A stretch of DNA of 62,443 nt, filler included, from Choristocarpus tenellus KU-1152 (taxonomy: Eukaryota; Protista; Phaeophyceae), in the NCBI GenBank assembly GCA_964200185.2. It is 12 parts of 12 records of this genome, joined end to end, with 100 filler letters (N's around TTAATTAATTAA, not from the genome) between each part and the next. Parts side by side here need not be neighbours in the genome. Positions count along the whole stretch, not along the records: positions 49,759 to 54,364 come from CAXNAD020013818.1; positions 54,465 to 62,443 come from CAXNAD020005310.1; 10 more parts are not named here. One strand, given 5' to 3'. Made by a program: the position numbers and the translations under genes. The notes beneath the pieces are model-generated. The model searched no databases and was not told the DNA's origin. It saw only the letters and a program-made list of their open reading frames with translations. Shown in pieces: positions 50,591-62,443 of this stretch (positions are counted from its first letter, which is position 1; the number at the start of each line of letters is the position of its first letter).

Positions 50591-53500
50591 CAAGTATCTC
50601 CACAGGCAACAAACCTTTGCCTTGAGAAGAAACGCTGGATCTGTTCCTACTAATAGATACCCCTGTCAGGAAAGGGTGACAGATTGAGAGAGTAGAAGAG
50701 AAATGGTACTCAGGTGAAGTCTTTGACTACAAAACATCACATTGGAAAGTAGTATGATCACAGATCGACAAGTAGGACATGTCCTGTGTATTGAATCACC
50801 AAGTATGGGCGCGAAAGGGCAAAGGCTCCTGCACGACTGGGATTACAAGGTAGAGAGAGAGGTTATCGTATGGGGATCAACAGAGCAAGAGCATTATTAC
50901 TATAACATAGATTAGTTTAAGGGACATTGTGATACAGTGCTCTACTACTACTGCGTATGTCAATGATGACAAAAGAGTCTCCCTAAAGCAGCAAGGCAGC
51001 ACCCGAATTATTTTACATGCTGAGGTTACGTTTTGTGCTTGTTTATGGTTTACTTTATCTGGAGGAAATAGTCTCTGGAGAATACTTTCAGTGACTTGAA
51101 GTGTTGATGTTGAGAGAGAGATCTCTTGTTATAGACGATATATATACAATATGCTTAATAAGTGTACTCTGTGTCAACTTTGTACACAAACGTAAAGTCG
51201 AACTGAATAAGTGTAGAATGAATGCGTCAAGGTACGAGTGTCACTCTGGCTTATCTATCTGTCCTTAGAGCAACGTTGGAAGTTGGTTTCTCACAATGTT
51301 CCCTATTAACTGTATCCCCGATATTGAAATTGCCAGATAATAGTGTTGGAGCCTGGTGTGATACACTTTACATTGGAGGGCATTTTACGGGCAACGATTC
51401 TGCAGGAATCCTCATTCAATATTCAAAAACACACAGTTAATGGACATTTTCCGTTCGGGTCATTGTCATACAATGTACTCTGAGGGTTACACTGAAGAGC
51501 AAGGCGTTCTGATGTGTGGGCTATTAATTGGTTTCCAATTTGTGTGTTGTACTTTCCTAAGTCAGCAGCGATCCATTTCATAATGTTGGCTATTTTTCAG
51601 GGCATCATTGTCTTCCTACACACTACTTGAGTAAACAAGCTGCTATACTATCGTATCAAGGTAAGTTAACTTAGTGCTGAAACAGCTCAAATGGGCGAGG
51701 GTGTCTATCTTACCCAGAGGTTATCCTTGCACGACACCTTCTACATGAGGAAGATGGAAGTATTCAATGCGGGGATCAAGCTGGTTTCTGTAAGAAAAAA
51801 TCGCCGTGGGTGACTGGTTAACGAGGGACATTATTGCGCTGTAAGTTACTTGAGGGCAAGCTGCACGTTATCTTAAAATATCTATATAGTACGTACGTAA
51901 ACCATTGGGACTAAACAACCTTGTTTTCCAATCAACTATAGAGGCAAGTACAAGGGAAGGGGACCGATACGACGATAGGTACAAATATCCAACGCTTCAC
52001 GTTTAATGATAGCTAGTTACTGCACATAATGGAGAAGTTTACCGGGTACGTAGAGAGATTCGCAGGTGCTCAAGTTCATAAGGGTATCCTCACTCATATT
52101 GACATGGATGTCCCATCCCCTCTGGTACAGTCATTTTACACAGTGAAATCAATAGTAAAAAGGATCAGGGCTTGTTGGGCAGTTCATGCAATCTTTGTTT
52201 ATCACTCTGCCATACCAACCCCATCATAGATACAACACTGAAATACATTACTATACATCAAAGGGATATTGTGCTGAGCTTCCAAGAGGTATACATAAAT
52301 CCAGCAAAGCAACGGCAAAGGAAGTTGAAGTTGAATAGAACATCCCTCTCTCCATCAAGAAGAATGGATGTAATCACCCTCATCAACCACACTCTTCAGA
52401 GCTCTCATACACAAAATTAGTAGTATTTTGTTTAGCATAGGAGGACCACATATTAAAGCCCCCGAAGAGTGAGGGAGGGCACTTCCGTCCACCACCAGGA
52501 TACTCCAGGAGGGAGTCACTTCACACCACGCTAAGAAGCCTGGCCCATATGAATATACGACTGCTGTACAGTACATCAAACACTAACACCTGGAGTAAAT
52601 AGAAACTAGATAACCCTTAACTGATAACCTCAACATCAATCTCCCTCCAGGCCTACACTTTGAACCCCTCTCCTTTTTTTTGCAAACAGGATATGCTACT
52701 GCATCCTGGTGACATTGCTCCCTATCCCCCCAACCCCCATTCACGAAATCTACTACTGTTTGTTTGAATACAACAAGCACCCCATAATAATTGGAATTAG
52801 CGAGTGCGCTCTGCCCTGTAACCTGCAAGAAAATTCACGACATCCATCCCTCCTGGGATTGTTAGGAACGCCTTCCCACGAATTGGGTCTTCGCCCGTCT
52901 CCACCAGGTTATGATCCTGTCATCACACACCAGGTTTTAAATGATGGTTACATGTGCAGGTGAGATAAACGTTGGTGATTGTGGGAGAAATCTTGTGGAA
53001 GCCCTAGGCTTTGGTAATAGTAGCAAAATAGAAAGAAACACACTCTAAAACGGAAGGATTTTTCATAATGACCGTGGTCGTAGTGGTACTGGCTATATTG
53101 TGACAGGGGGGGAAGGGTTTATGTGTGTAAATGGGTTACAGAATTGATTTTTGTCATTATTTCTGGCTCCTATGGATATACTAGGTAGTACTTTGAAGTA
53201 TTTGGTATGTGATACTACATTCTTGGGAAAGAACAACAGTGAGGGTGGGTGGGATAGAGCACACTGATGCTAACCCTGCCAAATCGGGAAACAGGAACCC
53301 ACCCCCACTGCCCATTTCTTCAGTATCCTTAGTAGTGGATTCAACATTATTAATACTGCTGCAACTGTGACAAGAGCAAGACTTTGAGAGCAGAGAGTGC
53401 AGCAAACAGAAATGGAAGGGACAGGGGGCAGGTAGCAGTGCAACCACGATGTTCATTTGCCAAAGTATATTGAATCCCTCCTTCAAGTCTCTCCCGATCA

Positions 53501-55118
53501 CACACACACCATCAAACTCTACTTGAGAGTCGAGACATCTTTTTGGCACAATCAACACCAAAAACTTCTGATCAGGTGTAAACATGCAAAAAACGCAATC
53601 TCTCTCCAACAAATTAGCCCTCCTATTTCACTCACCGCCTCTAATACACAGTGAAATGACACAACTCCCCTCCCCCCCCTTTTGTGCAAGCACGAGGACA
53701 TTCATTGACTAATACACATACCCAAGGCAGCAGTTGTGACATGGTCACAACACCCCCCAAAAAAGCACACGACCTCTGCACCACCTGACTGCGAGGAACA
53801 GGCACCACAGCACAAACATGGCATTCAGCAATAACCCTACCCCTGCAGCCACCGCTAAGCAATAGTGAGTACGGGGTCTCCATCCTATTTCGCAGAGAGC
53901 TACAGAAGTAAAATAAGAATAATTAGTGTATGCACTAACACATCGCATGCACCTACACCCTACTACAGCAAGTAAACAAATACAATGCAGCGTGAAATCA
54001 CCTTGAGTTCAACGAGCAGAGACCTCAGGCTCTGTGCACTGTTTGCCACCATCTGGCTCTGCATTTCCAGCAGGAACTCGCTGAACTCCCAACCTTCGGG
54101 TGACAGCACAGAATGACGTCACAGAATGAAGGTGGTTTCAGAAGAGGACAGGGTTGTGTTGTTGAAGTTAGGGTTAGGTCCACCGAAAGGAAAATGGAGG
54201 CAGGCCGATACACCACATCAAGATAAGACACAGCTACATGCTGCTGAGGTCAGGGACTGGAAGGTGCCACAGTTGCACTGGAAGTCATTCTTGCAAACAC
54301 GTGAGAGTCTCGGGGGATTGATAGGGTTGATGGGGTGGAGGAAGACATCCAAAGTATCTGGGGGNNNNNNNNNNNNNNNNNNNNNNNNNNNNNNNNNNNN
54401 NNNNNNNNTTAATTAATTAANNNNNNNNNNNNNNNNNNNNNNNNNNNNNNNNNNNNNNNNNNNNCCCCCCCTCCCAGATACTTTGGGTCAGGACCTTGTA
54501 TTCAGGGAAGGATTAATCCATGCTTGGTGAACTAATGCGTGTGCTGCTGTCATGGTGTTCAAGTCCTCTCATCTTGGATGTTCCTTGTAGTTTTTACAAC
54601 TCCCATGACTACATCAACAAAATCTGGGGAGATTCCTTGAGGTCTTCAGGTATGTGTTCCTTGTACTAGATTCCAAAATTGGTATCCATCTTGTTGTAGA
54701 GTCCTAGTACTCAAGGTGTGCAAGGAAAGTTTAGGAACCTTAAATACGTTATGTAATACCACCCTTGTAGACTACTGCCCATTTGGGGGGTTTAGGTAGT
54801 AGAATCAAATCCTTAGTTTTCGTTGCCTCAAATTTACTATTTTGTCGAAAGTACAGGTGTGCTCTGTTGTCTTATTTGGCAACCAAGCTTTTTGGTAGTG
54901 AGTAAGGCACGTTCACCCCAGATCCACACAAAGATGTCTCATTGTCCCCTGAGGAGTTGAGCATTACAATTCTTACAATTCTCGTTCAGAATATCTTATG
55001 TCTCTCGTCACCATGAATGTTGAGAAGGAGCGTGCTTGATCCTTGTTGCTCAACTTCTCCTGTCATTGTGATCGACTTCGACTGGATGGGGGTAAGTTTA
55101 CAGGTGGTGGACAGAACC

Positions 55119-56800
55119 TCTGTGCGGGAGGGTGCTCTCCGGCCAGGCTGCCCGAAAAATACGTAAACCATCTCGTCAACAGGTCTTCCCTTTAGGCAGT
55201 ACTTGCATTGACTGACTGTGTAGACTGGGTTAGAGGAAATTTGCAACTGCGCGCCTGTTGTTGTGTGCAGTACAATGAATAACAACCTCCTTGTCGTTCC
55301 TGTAATGATCGGAGTGTAGGTAGTGGTGGCCAGTCCTCCTTCAAGAACTTTCCATTTCTGTGCCACATTCCCATACCAAGCGCTTACCTCCCACTCAAAT
55401 GTCGACATGCTTTTTGGATTACTATCAGTGTTCTAGTGAACAATGATGGCCGGTTCAAGGTATAAGAAAATCTCCACCATCGAATGTTTGGACCACACAA
55501 TAAGCCAGCACATCCTGCATCACCCACTTGGGCTCGATTCTCAATATTTTGCGCATCTTCTCTGGGTGCTGGTTGCGCCAATTGTACTTGGAATACACAA
55601 CAACTGCTGCTCAAGGCCTGATTTAATGGCCTCACCGTTGAAGGCAATACCCACCATACACTCCAACCAGTGATCTATGCAATGATAGGTGATGATGCGA
55701 TGAACTTCCTTCAGTAACCGATCCATCTACATCATTGATGGCTTACAGTTTTTCACAAAGATTTTACCCTTGCAGTAAGTCCTTGATCTTCCAACATTTC
55801 TACCGGGTTTGAAGCAAGATCTGCTTCTGTCGTTATGCTTGAGCACTTGATGCAGTTCAGATCGAGAGAGAGAGAGAGAGAGAGGTAATCACGAACTCGT
55901 CATCGATGCAGGACATGCTGAGAGAGTGAAAGGTGATGGACAAATCCTGATCAGAAAGCGTCTCAGTACCTTAATCTGCAAATCTTCCTTGACCTTCCTC
56001 AGAGTATCAAGGAGTCGACAACGATCGGGTATGGTTACCCTGTTATTCAAGGCATGAATCATTTCCTCGAAGTGGACACTTTCCACGACCTGCGGTCGGA
56101 ACATTAAGCTCGAGGGATGGTTAACAAGGCAATAGTCCATTGTGATGTCAAAGAGGACACGGTAAAATACACATGTAGATAACAACAAGCTCAAAGATTG
56201 GAGAGCAAGGATGAAATTGATATCCACGATGCGAAGGTAGGTAGAGCAAGGTGGAAAAGGCTGGGATATAGGACCATCTCACCCCAAGTGACCGATGGTT
56301 CATGGCGATGAAATGGCTCTGGCGCCTTGACTGAAAAATATGAGTCCGCTTCTTGCTGACTGCCTGACACGGAATTTTCGATCTTGTTACCGACCCCTGC
56401 AGCTTGTCTGCAGGTGATTTCTAACGTTGGTGGCCGACTGCAATCTCCCAGCTTCATCTCAGTTCTTAAGCAGTCAACATTCTTCACACACATAGTGAGC
56501 ATATAGCTACAGTGAACATTCTCCCCCTTGCCTAAACACTAAAGAAGCGACAGATACTAGCCCTCCATCCTTGGAACTTCATTTGTTCGCCACTCCTTCA
56601 AGCGCTTCTCTTTCTCTTAGTCGACTATCAGCTCAAGCACGTTCAGGGCAGGTTCTGTTTCATCTAGCCCTTCAACTTCTTTACCTTCATGATCCACACG
56701 AGGAAGGGCATATCCGTCAGATGGATCGATGTCGACGCAATACTCATGCAGGAGTCCACCTTCACTGTCTTCAGAGTACCTATGCACACCAAAGGCCTAT
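55119..56800 (-). mobile_element. Decayed, internally deleted, intron-containing hAT-like transposase
   Basis: Exon 56089-55970 reads VVESVHFEEMIHALNNRVTIPDRCRLLDTL (hAT VE..F..+..LN....P.R). Exon 55726-55388 has CIDHWLE (CxxH) and a frameshifted PKWVMQDV..W.KHSMVEIFLYLEPAI..MSTFEWE. Element boundaries are uncertain. Confidence 0.6.
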
Positions 56801-58919
56801 TGCAGTCTTACAGAATTTGATATTTTTTGCCTTCTCTGGTCCCAATAATTTCGACTTTAAAATAAACTTTGATATAGTCGAATCAGACCGATCGAATCGT
56901 CACGATTCACGACAAGACAACAATATCATTTATCGTAAGTCATGGTAAATACAACCTGCATAGCCAAAAGGCATTGGGCAATGAGAGAGGCGAACGGGTA
57001 GTACTGGTGGGCAATTAAATTATGATTGTCTTGCCATTGGTGGGACAGACACTGTTTATGATTGCAATAATTTGTGGTTGATTTATAGTTGTGAGTGTTT
57101 CTTGGGTAGTTGAAGTGGAGTTGTTGAGACCTCCTTCAGGGAATAAACCCCATGAAATAGTATGCACTTCGTTCTCTCCTATCCTTGGCTGTTGAGTAGC
57201 TCTCGATGACTTTTGATTAGCTAACCGTAGGCTGCTCTTGTTGCTTTACGTTGCTTCGTTATCTTACAGATCCCACCCACCAAAAAAAGTCCTTGGTATC
57301 CAAAACGCCTTCCACGATAGAAAGAAAAAATAATATTCTGTGTAATAATCTTCAGATCCTGTCTGGTCAAGGGACAAAACCCAAAGTTTGACAGATTCTG
57401 TGGGATCCTGTGGGGACATCAAGTCTCAGGTCTCTGAGATTGAGCATCGGACCCAATACTTGACGGGAAGGGAGGTGGTTAGAACGTAGATCAATCGCCT
57501 TTTCGACACGATTTTGTTCTTTGTTTGACAAACCTGTCACAGTTTGGGTATGTCTGTTTACGACACTAGGAACCTAGAAACACTTGCCTCGCTCAACTTT
57601 ACGTCGTTGAGTGAAAACGTAAACCATCCCATGCCCATGCATATGGAACATCGGTAACTTCGACATTTTCCGAGCCATGAAAAATTGCAAGATCCCTCTG
57701 CTTTGAACCCGTGATGTCCGTCCACGACTTGGTGGGTTCTCGTGCCGCAGATACCCTGAGCCTTCCCAACCTCGCTGTATTTCACAGCGGACTTGAAATT
57801 TGCGTAGATTTAATGACTAATATTTATAATCGCGGAGAGTATAATAATATTTGCAGTAGAGTTGAGCCGTAGCGTTTTCTATCCCTCTAACCAAGTTAAT
57901 CCCCGTCAGTGTTCCAGAGTTCGTATTTCAATCGTTTCCGACTTAATTTCTTTTCTTTTCCACCACCGCCCCCTCACCAATGTTTGCGTTACCGACACAA
58001 TACGAGTACAATATTTCGTGGACCTGTTTCTGTGCCGGTTTTATTTTGCATCCCAAGGTGGCTGGCTCACTTGGTCTTCGAAATAGGTTTGAAGCATGTA
58101 GTCCAGGTGGGGAAGATACAGCCTATGATACGAACTGTGGGGTTACGACGTACTGTAGGTGTGCGCCATGATTAGCTTCTCCGAAGCGGTCGATATCTCT
58201 TGATGGCCCTCTTCCCCTCCTCTAATCGAAGTTTATTCCTTGAACAAAATATATTTCGAGAGTAGAGGCACTGTTTGTGCCTGTGACCCTGAAGTCTTGT
58301 GCGTGCCCACATGGTGTATCACACTTTATCTCCCACTTTGATGATCAGCAACCTACTACCAAATTGTCTACATTTTTGTAACAGCTGATAGTCTAAATAG
58401 TCAAAAGCATCATTGTCTCCAGTAGAGGCAAGGTCCCACTTTAGACATCACTGTTCAGTGAAGTTTTTTTCATGACCTGAGAGTGTTGAATTGAACCTTT
58501 TTGATCTAGCTCACTAGAGGAGAGAAGAGTCAGTATTCAGGAACGCTATTGCACATGCTTACTCCAGGAAATCAAAGGCAGATAAACAAAAGAGTCCTGA
58601 CCCAAGATCTCCTCTCAACAGGTGTAAATCAGAGTAGATGTATGATATGCTAAGAAAACTATTGTAGTGGCATGACTCTGGGTGGGGTGATCTTGACTTA
58701 GTTCGATGTTTTTTTCCTCCAGGCACTTGTTTGAGGTGCACAAGTTGCATTGAAATTCCTACTTATCCCATATACACTTCTTGCTTCAAGGTTCCCTTGC
58801 CCTTCTCTTAAACCTCCCAAAGATCAAGATACAAAGCCAATTCAAGGCTTGTGTCCTTGGGGTACAAGCCATGTGGAGGCGGAGTCATTCCTGTCAATTG
58901 AGGTGAAGGACTGATGAGA

Positions 58920-59203
58920 GACCCAAAGTATCTAGGGGGGGGGGGGGGGGGGGGCCCCAAAAGGGGGCCGTTTGGGTCGGACCAAGGAAAGAAGGAATTC
59001 CATTTTCCACCCNNNNNNNNNNGGGGGGGGGGGGGGTGGGGGGGGGGGGGGGTCTACATAAGGGTGTCCATTTGGTCATATCCAGGAAAAGTGCACTTAC
59101 ATTATCCATCCGACATAATCAACCAAATCACCCCAAAATTGGGACACAAGAAAATTGTCCCCGATTGGACAGCCGCCGCCACCCCCCCCAGATACTTTGA
59201 GCC
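58920..59203. mobile_element. MITE family A copy spanning a 10-N scaffold gap, TSD AGA
   Basis: AGA|GACCCAAAGTATCT ... CAGATACTTTGAGCC|AGA; the interior is the reverse complement of 6440-6611. Confidence 0.8.
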
Positions 59204-59672
59204 AGAAGCACAACAAAAATGAAGAGGTTAGAGTGTCCTGAATTGAGTTCCTTCCATTGTACTTATTATGCGGATAAGACTATCACAGGAACTCTTCTCG
59301 ATATTGAGTCAGCAGGCAAGGGTTCAAGGGAGTCACCATACACTATACACCTATGCATCAGTGTTTGAACCGCTGTACCTTCACTATCCTGATTTTCACA
59401 TTCCATAACTTGATGGATCTCTCATTTATGCTTTGTACACACAGTCACACATCTTACCATACTATATGTTCTCCATCGCCTTACAATGATTGAGGTATTT
59501 TCCTCCACCAAAACATAAGTAGTTACCCAATCTTGTTGCCCCCCACTCACTTGATGGCGGCCTATGATGAGAATCAATACACTGGAATGGGATTGAAAGA
59601 TCTCTCTAACGAGGCAGAACAGTCAGTGCAAAGAACGCAAGGTCTTCATTACTCTTTAACTATGTTTAAAAC

Positions 59673-59963
59673 ACACACATTTGTCCTTGTAGAATATTTC
59701 TCAAAATGATATCCTCATACCTATCTGCTTACTGCATTTTTTCCTCCCAGTCAAGCCAATAATCTCTTGGCCTTACTGATGGCTGTAGTGTTAGTTTCCT
59801 TTTGTCTTGTAGGGTCTCTTTCCTCATGAGGTAACTGGTAGCGACACTGTGAATAACCAGTAAGGCCAAGAGATTACTGGCTTGGCTGGGAGGAAAAAAT
59901 GCGGTAAGCAGATAGATATGAGGATATCATTTTGAGAAATATTCTACAAGGATAAATGTGTGT
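59673..59963 (+). ncRNA. Long foldback (106-bp arms, 79-nt loop); candidate miRNA/hairpin-RNA precursor
   Basis: Arms 59673-59778 and 59858-59963 are ungapped reverse complements with 5 mismatches (3 G-U, 2 A-C on the + strand). The inverted repeat is certain; RNA function is inferred. Confidence 0.5.
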
Positions 59964-62443
59964 ATTTGTGGAACGGTGCCCATACACTGGAAAGGACGTT
60001 ACTGCAGTAAAATTTCCAAAATGGTTTGTTTAGAGTACATTTGGTATACTATAGGTATAGATAACTTTAAGATACAAAAATATGTTTAAAATAGACAACG
60101 GATCTAAATCAGTAAGGTTAGCGAGATCGATTGGTCTTAGATTCAACATAGACTTGACGAAGAAGGGATGAGAAAGGTTCTGATTCGAAAGACTGTTGAT
60201 TTATGGTTCTCATGTCCAGATATGAAATTTAAGCTGTTGATTTAAATGTAGTGATAATAAAATAGCTATAAATTCGTTGAATCTAAAATGAAAGTGGACG
60301 TTTAGTTTTTTGTTGGTCGTGGAGCAATAATGATCAGGAAATTATTTATGTTGAGAAGGTTAATGCTGATTTGATCATGCTTTCTGCACACAGATGCCAC
60401 AATTCATGATCATGTTATTGTTAACTAGGGCTATTGTAGTTTAATATCAAATATGTCATTATGGAATATTTGACAAAACTTGGTGTTCTTTGCATTTTTA
60501 TATTTTTAGGTTCATTAGTACTTAACCACATTCTTGTTTGTTAAATGGCTAAGTCTGTGTTGTTGATTTACCTAGTAGGAGAGGTATTCACAAGGTCTTC
60601 ATAAATTAGTGGAGAGTGTCAATGCAGCGAAGCTTAGACCGAAGATTACATAATATATTCTAGCTCTCACCATTTTGTAGTAAATGGGTATAAGATTTGC
60701 TAGTTTGTTTGTGGGTCTAGTAGCTTTGTAATAAAAACATATGGAAAGAGCTACATATGTTCAGGCAAAGTTTGGAATATGAAATATATTTGAAAATATG
60801 CAAAGAAACTCATTGGAGGTACAAAATAAGACACTAAAGCTGTAATACTATATTTTTCTACATTTGAGAACATATCAGCAAAAATCCTGTAACGTCGTTA
60901 ACCCAATCTCATACCTTAATACTACTAGCTTTTAGTTCTATAACCCTCGCATTGTTATCAATAGTAGCAGTCAGCTCACTAACCCGTGAGTGTACATCTT
61001 TTTGCCATATCTTCCCTACTAGTATTCTTAACTTACCACCCCATTTTCCTTCATGAAGTTGTAGTTCTAATTGTTTTTCATCTTTGTTGTTGTAATATCT
61101 CTTGCAAGTAAATGTATTGAACTTGTAGTTTAAAAAAATATATCGTGTGATTTTCCCACTGGCACACAAATAGGCAAGGTCATAGTGCCCCTTCCCTCCT
61201 ATCCTATTGAAGATAGATTAATGGTTTTGAATCTAGGTTCGCAGAGTGTTGTGGTGGTGCCCATTGAACGTTCATACCCCTTGATACACATTGACACAAC
61301 CACTCTTTGCTTCATGCCCTCCTAGCCTCAACTCTGGAAAGTGTCTGAGACAACATGGTCTTGATACTTTGAGCTACCTAAAGCAAGCCAACCTGGTATT
61401 GTTTTGGTCCTAAAGTCGAATTATTCTTCTCCCCATGCAAAGGGATTGTGTATAAGCACATCTTTTTCAGACAGTGATGCTAAAGTACAGGTTGTTGCAA
61501 CACTAGGTATGCATAAAAGGGTTTGTGGGGCAGAGCTGACGGAGGCTTACGGAGTCTAGTAGAAGCAGCATTTGTCTATGAAAGCAGAAACTTTCGTTTG
61601 TGTAGGCACAGTGTGTTTAGAAATTTCAGGAGGATTTGTCTAGGTACTATAAAATAGAGTCGTATCAGTACAACCTAGGCCCGACTGTAACCCATTCCTA
61701 GAATCATCACAGTCTTACAGCTCTCTCAGTCATCCCTCCAATTTTGTCCTACCACACCTTCCGCTTCCTACTTCATCACTTGTCATCAAACAAACCTTTC
61801 CCTTCACAATCCAGCACTTAGTACATCCTTCTTACCACATACACACTCCTGTCTCCCATCTCAGCACATTCAATTTCTACCACCCTCTTGCAACATCAAG
61901 GACACACATGCTCAACACTGTGCAGTGAAATATTTGTATGACTCAATATGTCATCCTGTTGTTCTTGGAGGACCCTGTAGCACTATGAAAGGAGAGAAGA
62001 GGGTTGTGATGAACCCTTCACATGGACAACATCACAATGCCTAGGCATTACCCTTGAAAATAACAGGACACAGGGCCACACTAACCTAAAAGTTGTATTG
62101 GAAGCCATTGTCCTCAGCACAATGAGAAATGTCATGGCAACAAGGATTTATTCCTTTGTCCGGGGCCAGGCAGAAAAGAGCTTGGTTGGACGATGGTGGC
62201 GACATCAACGATCCAGCTCTACTGGAGGATTAGTGATACCATCCTCGAGTTTGTAGACATTGGCACATTCCATCCTGTAGGTAGTAAGCTCCTGTGTTTG
62301 GGAGCCTTTGAAATATTCAGAAGGAGTGGTAAAGGTAGGGGCGTGGGTGAAGAGTCAGATCGTGACTATCCATGAGGTGGGTCATTTTGTTGAATTTGCA
62401 ACCGCACAACATGCCCAAGAGACCCAAAGTAACTGTGATGGGG

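Noticed and set aside
5718-54464. Regularly recurring TTAATTAATTAA palindrome
   Set aside because: Always centred in N44/N44, so it is a concatenation linker and not biology. ORFs running into it and gene neighbourhoods across it are meaningless.
57558-58175. Gene in the CpG-rich patch
   Set aside because: Several frames are open but there is no recognisable motif or consistent splice chain
58953-59012. Diverged internal duplication within the MITE
   Set aside because: It looks like an error-rich read of 59051-59110 after a poly-G run, next to an N gap, i.e. a sequencing artefact

Overview
Eukaryotic nuclear DNA, not a contiguous locus. Twelve unrelated contigs are joined by eleven artificial 100-bp spacers (N44-TTAATTAATTAA-N44), so no synteny can be read across spacers. 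Short exons, GT-AG introns of 0.1-2.5 kb, interstitial TTAGGG motifs and the TE/kinase types suggest a stramenopile, probably a brown alga or close relative (inference). Most ORFs in the supplied track are spurious. Manual, phase-consistent splicing recovers partial genes for: an RNase II/RNB exoribonuclease, a Ser/Thr kinase, a GPALPP1/DUF3752 protein C-terminus, a CHAT-domain protein, a PPR protein, a bromodomain-like + SAND/TDBD-like protein, and a C-terminus resembling the fungal exopolysaccharide deacetylase Agd3. There is one tRNA-Lys(UUU). Decayed TEs include a CRE-like non-LTR element, a DD39D mariner, an intron-containing hAT and a Ty3/gypsy fragment. Two MITE families share their termini and a subterminal motif; family A shows 3-bp TSDs. 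There is also a 291-nt near-perfect foldback (miRNA/hpRNA candidate) and several satellites. All protein-family calls come from motif recognition by eye and need HMM confirmation. No CRISPR or prokaryotic system was found.
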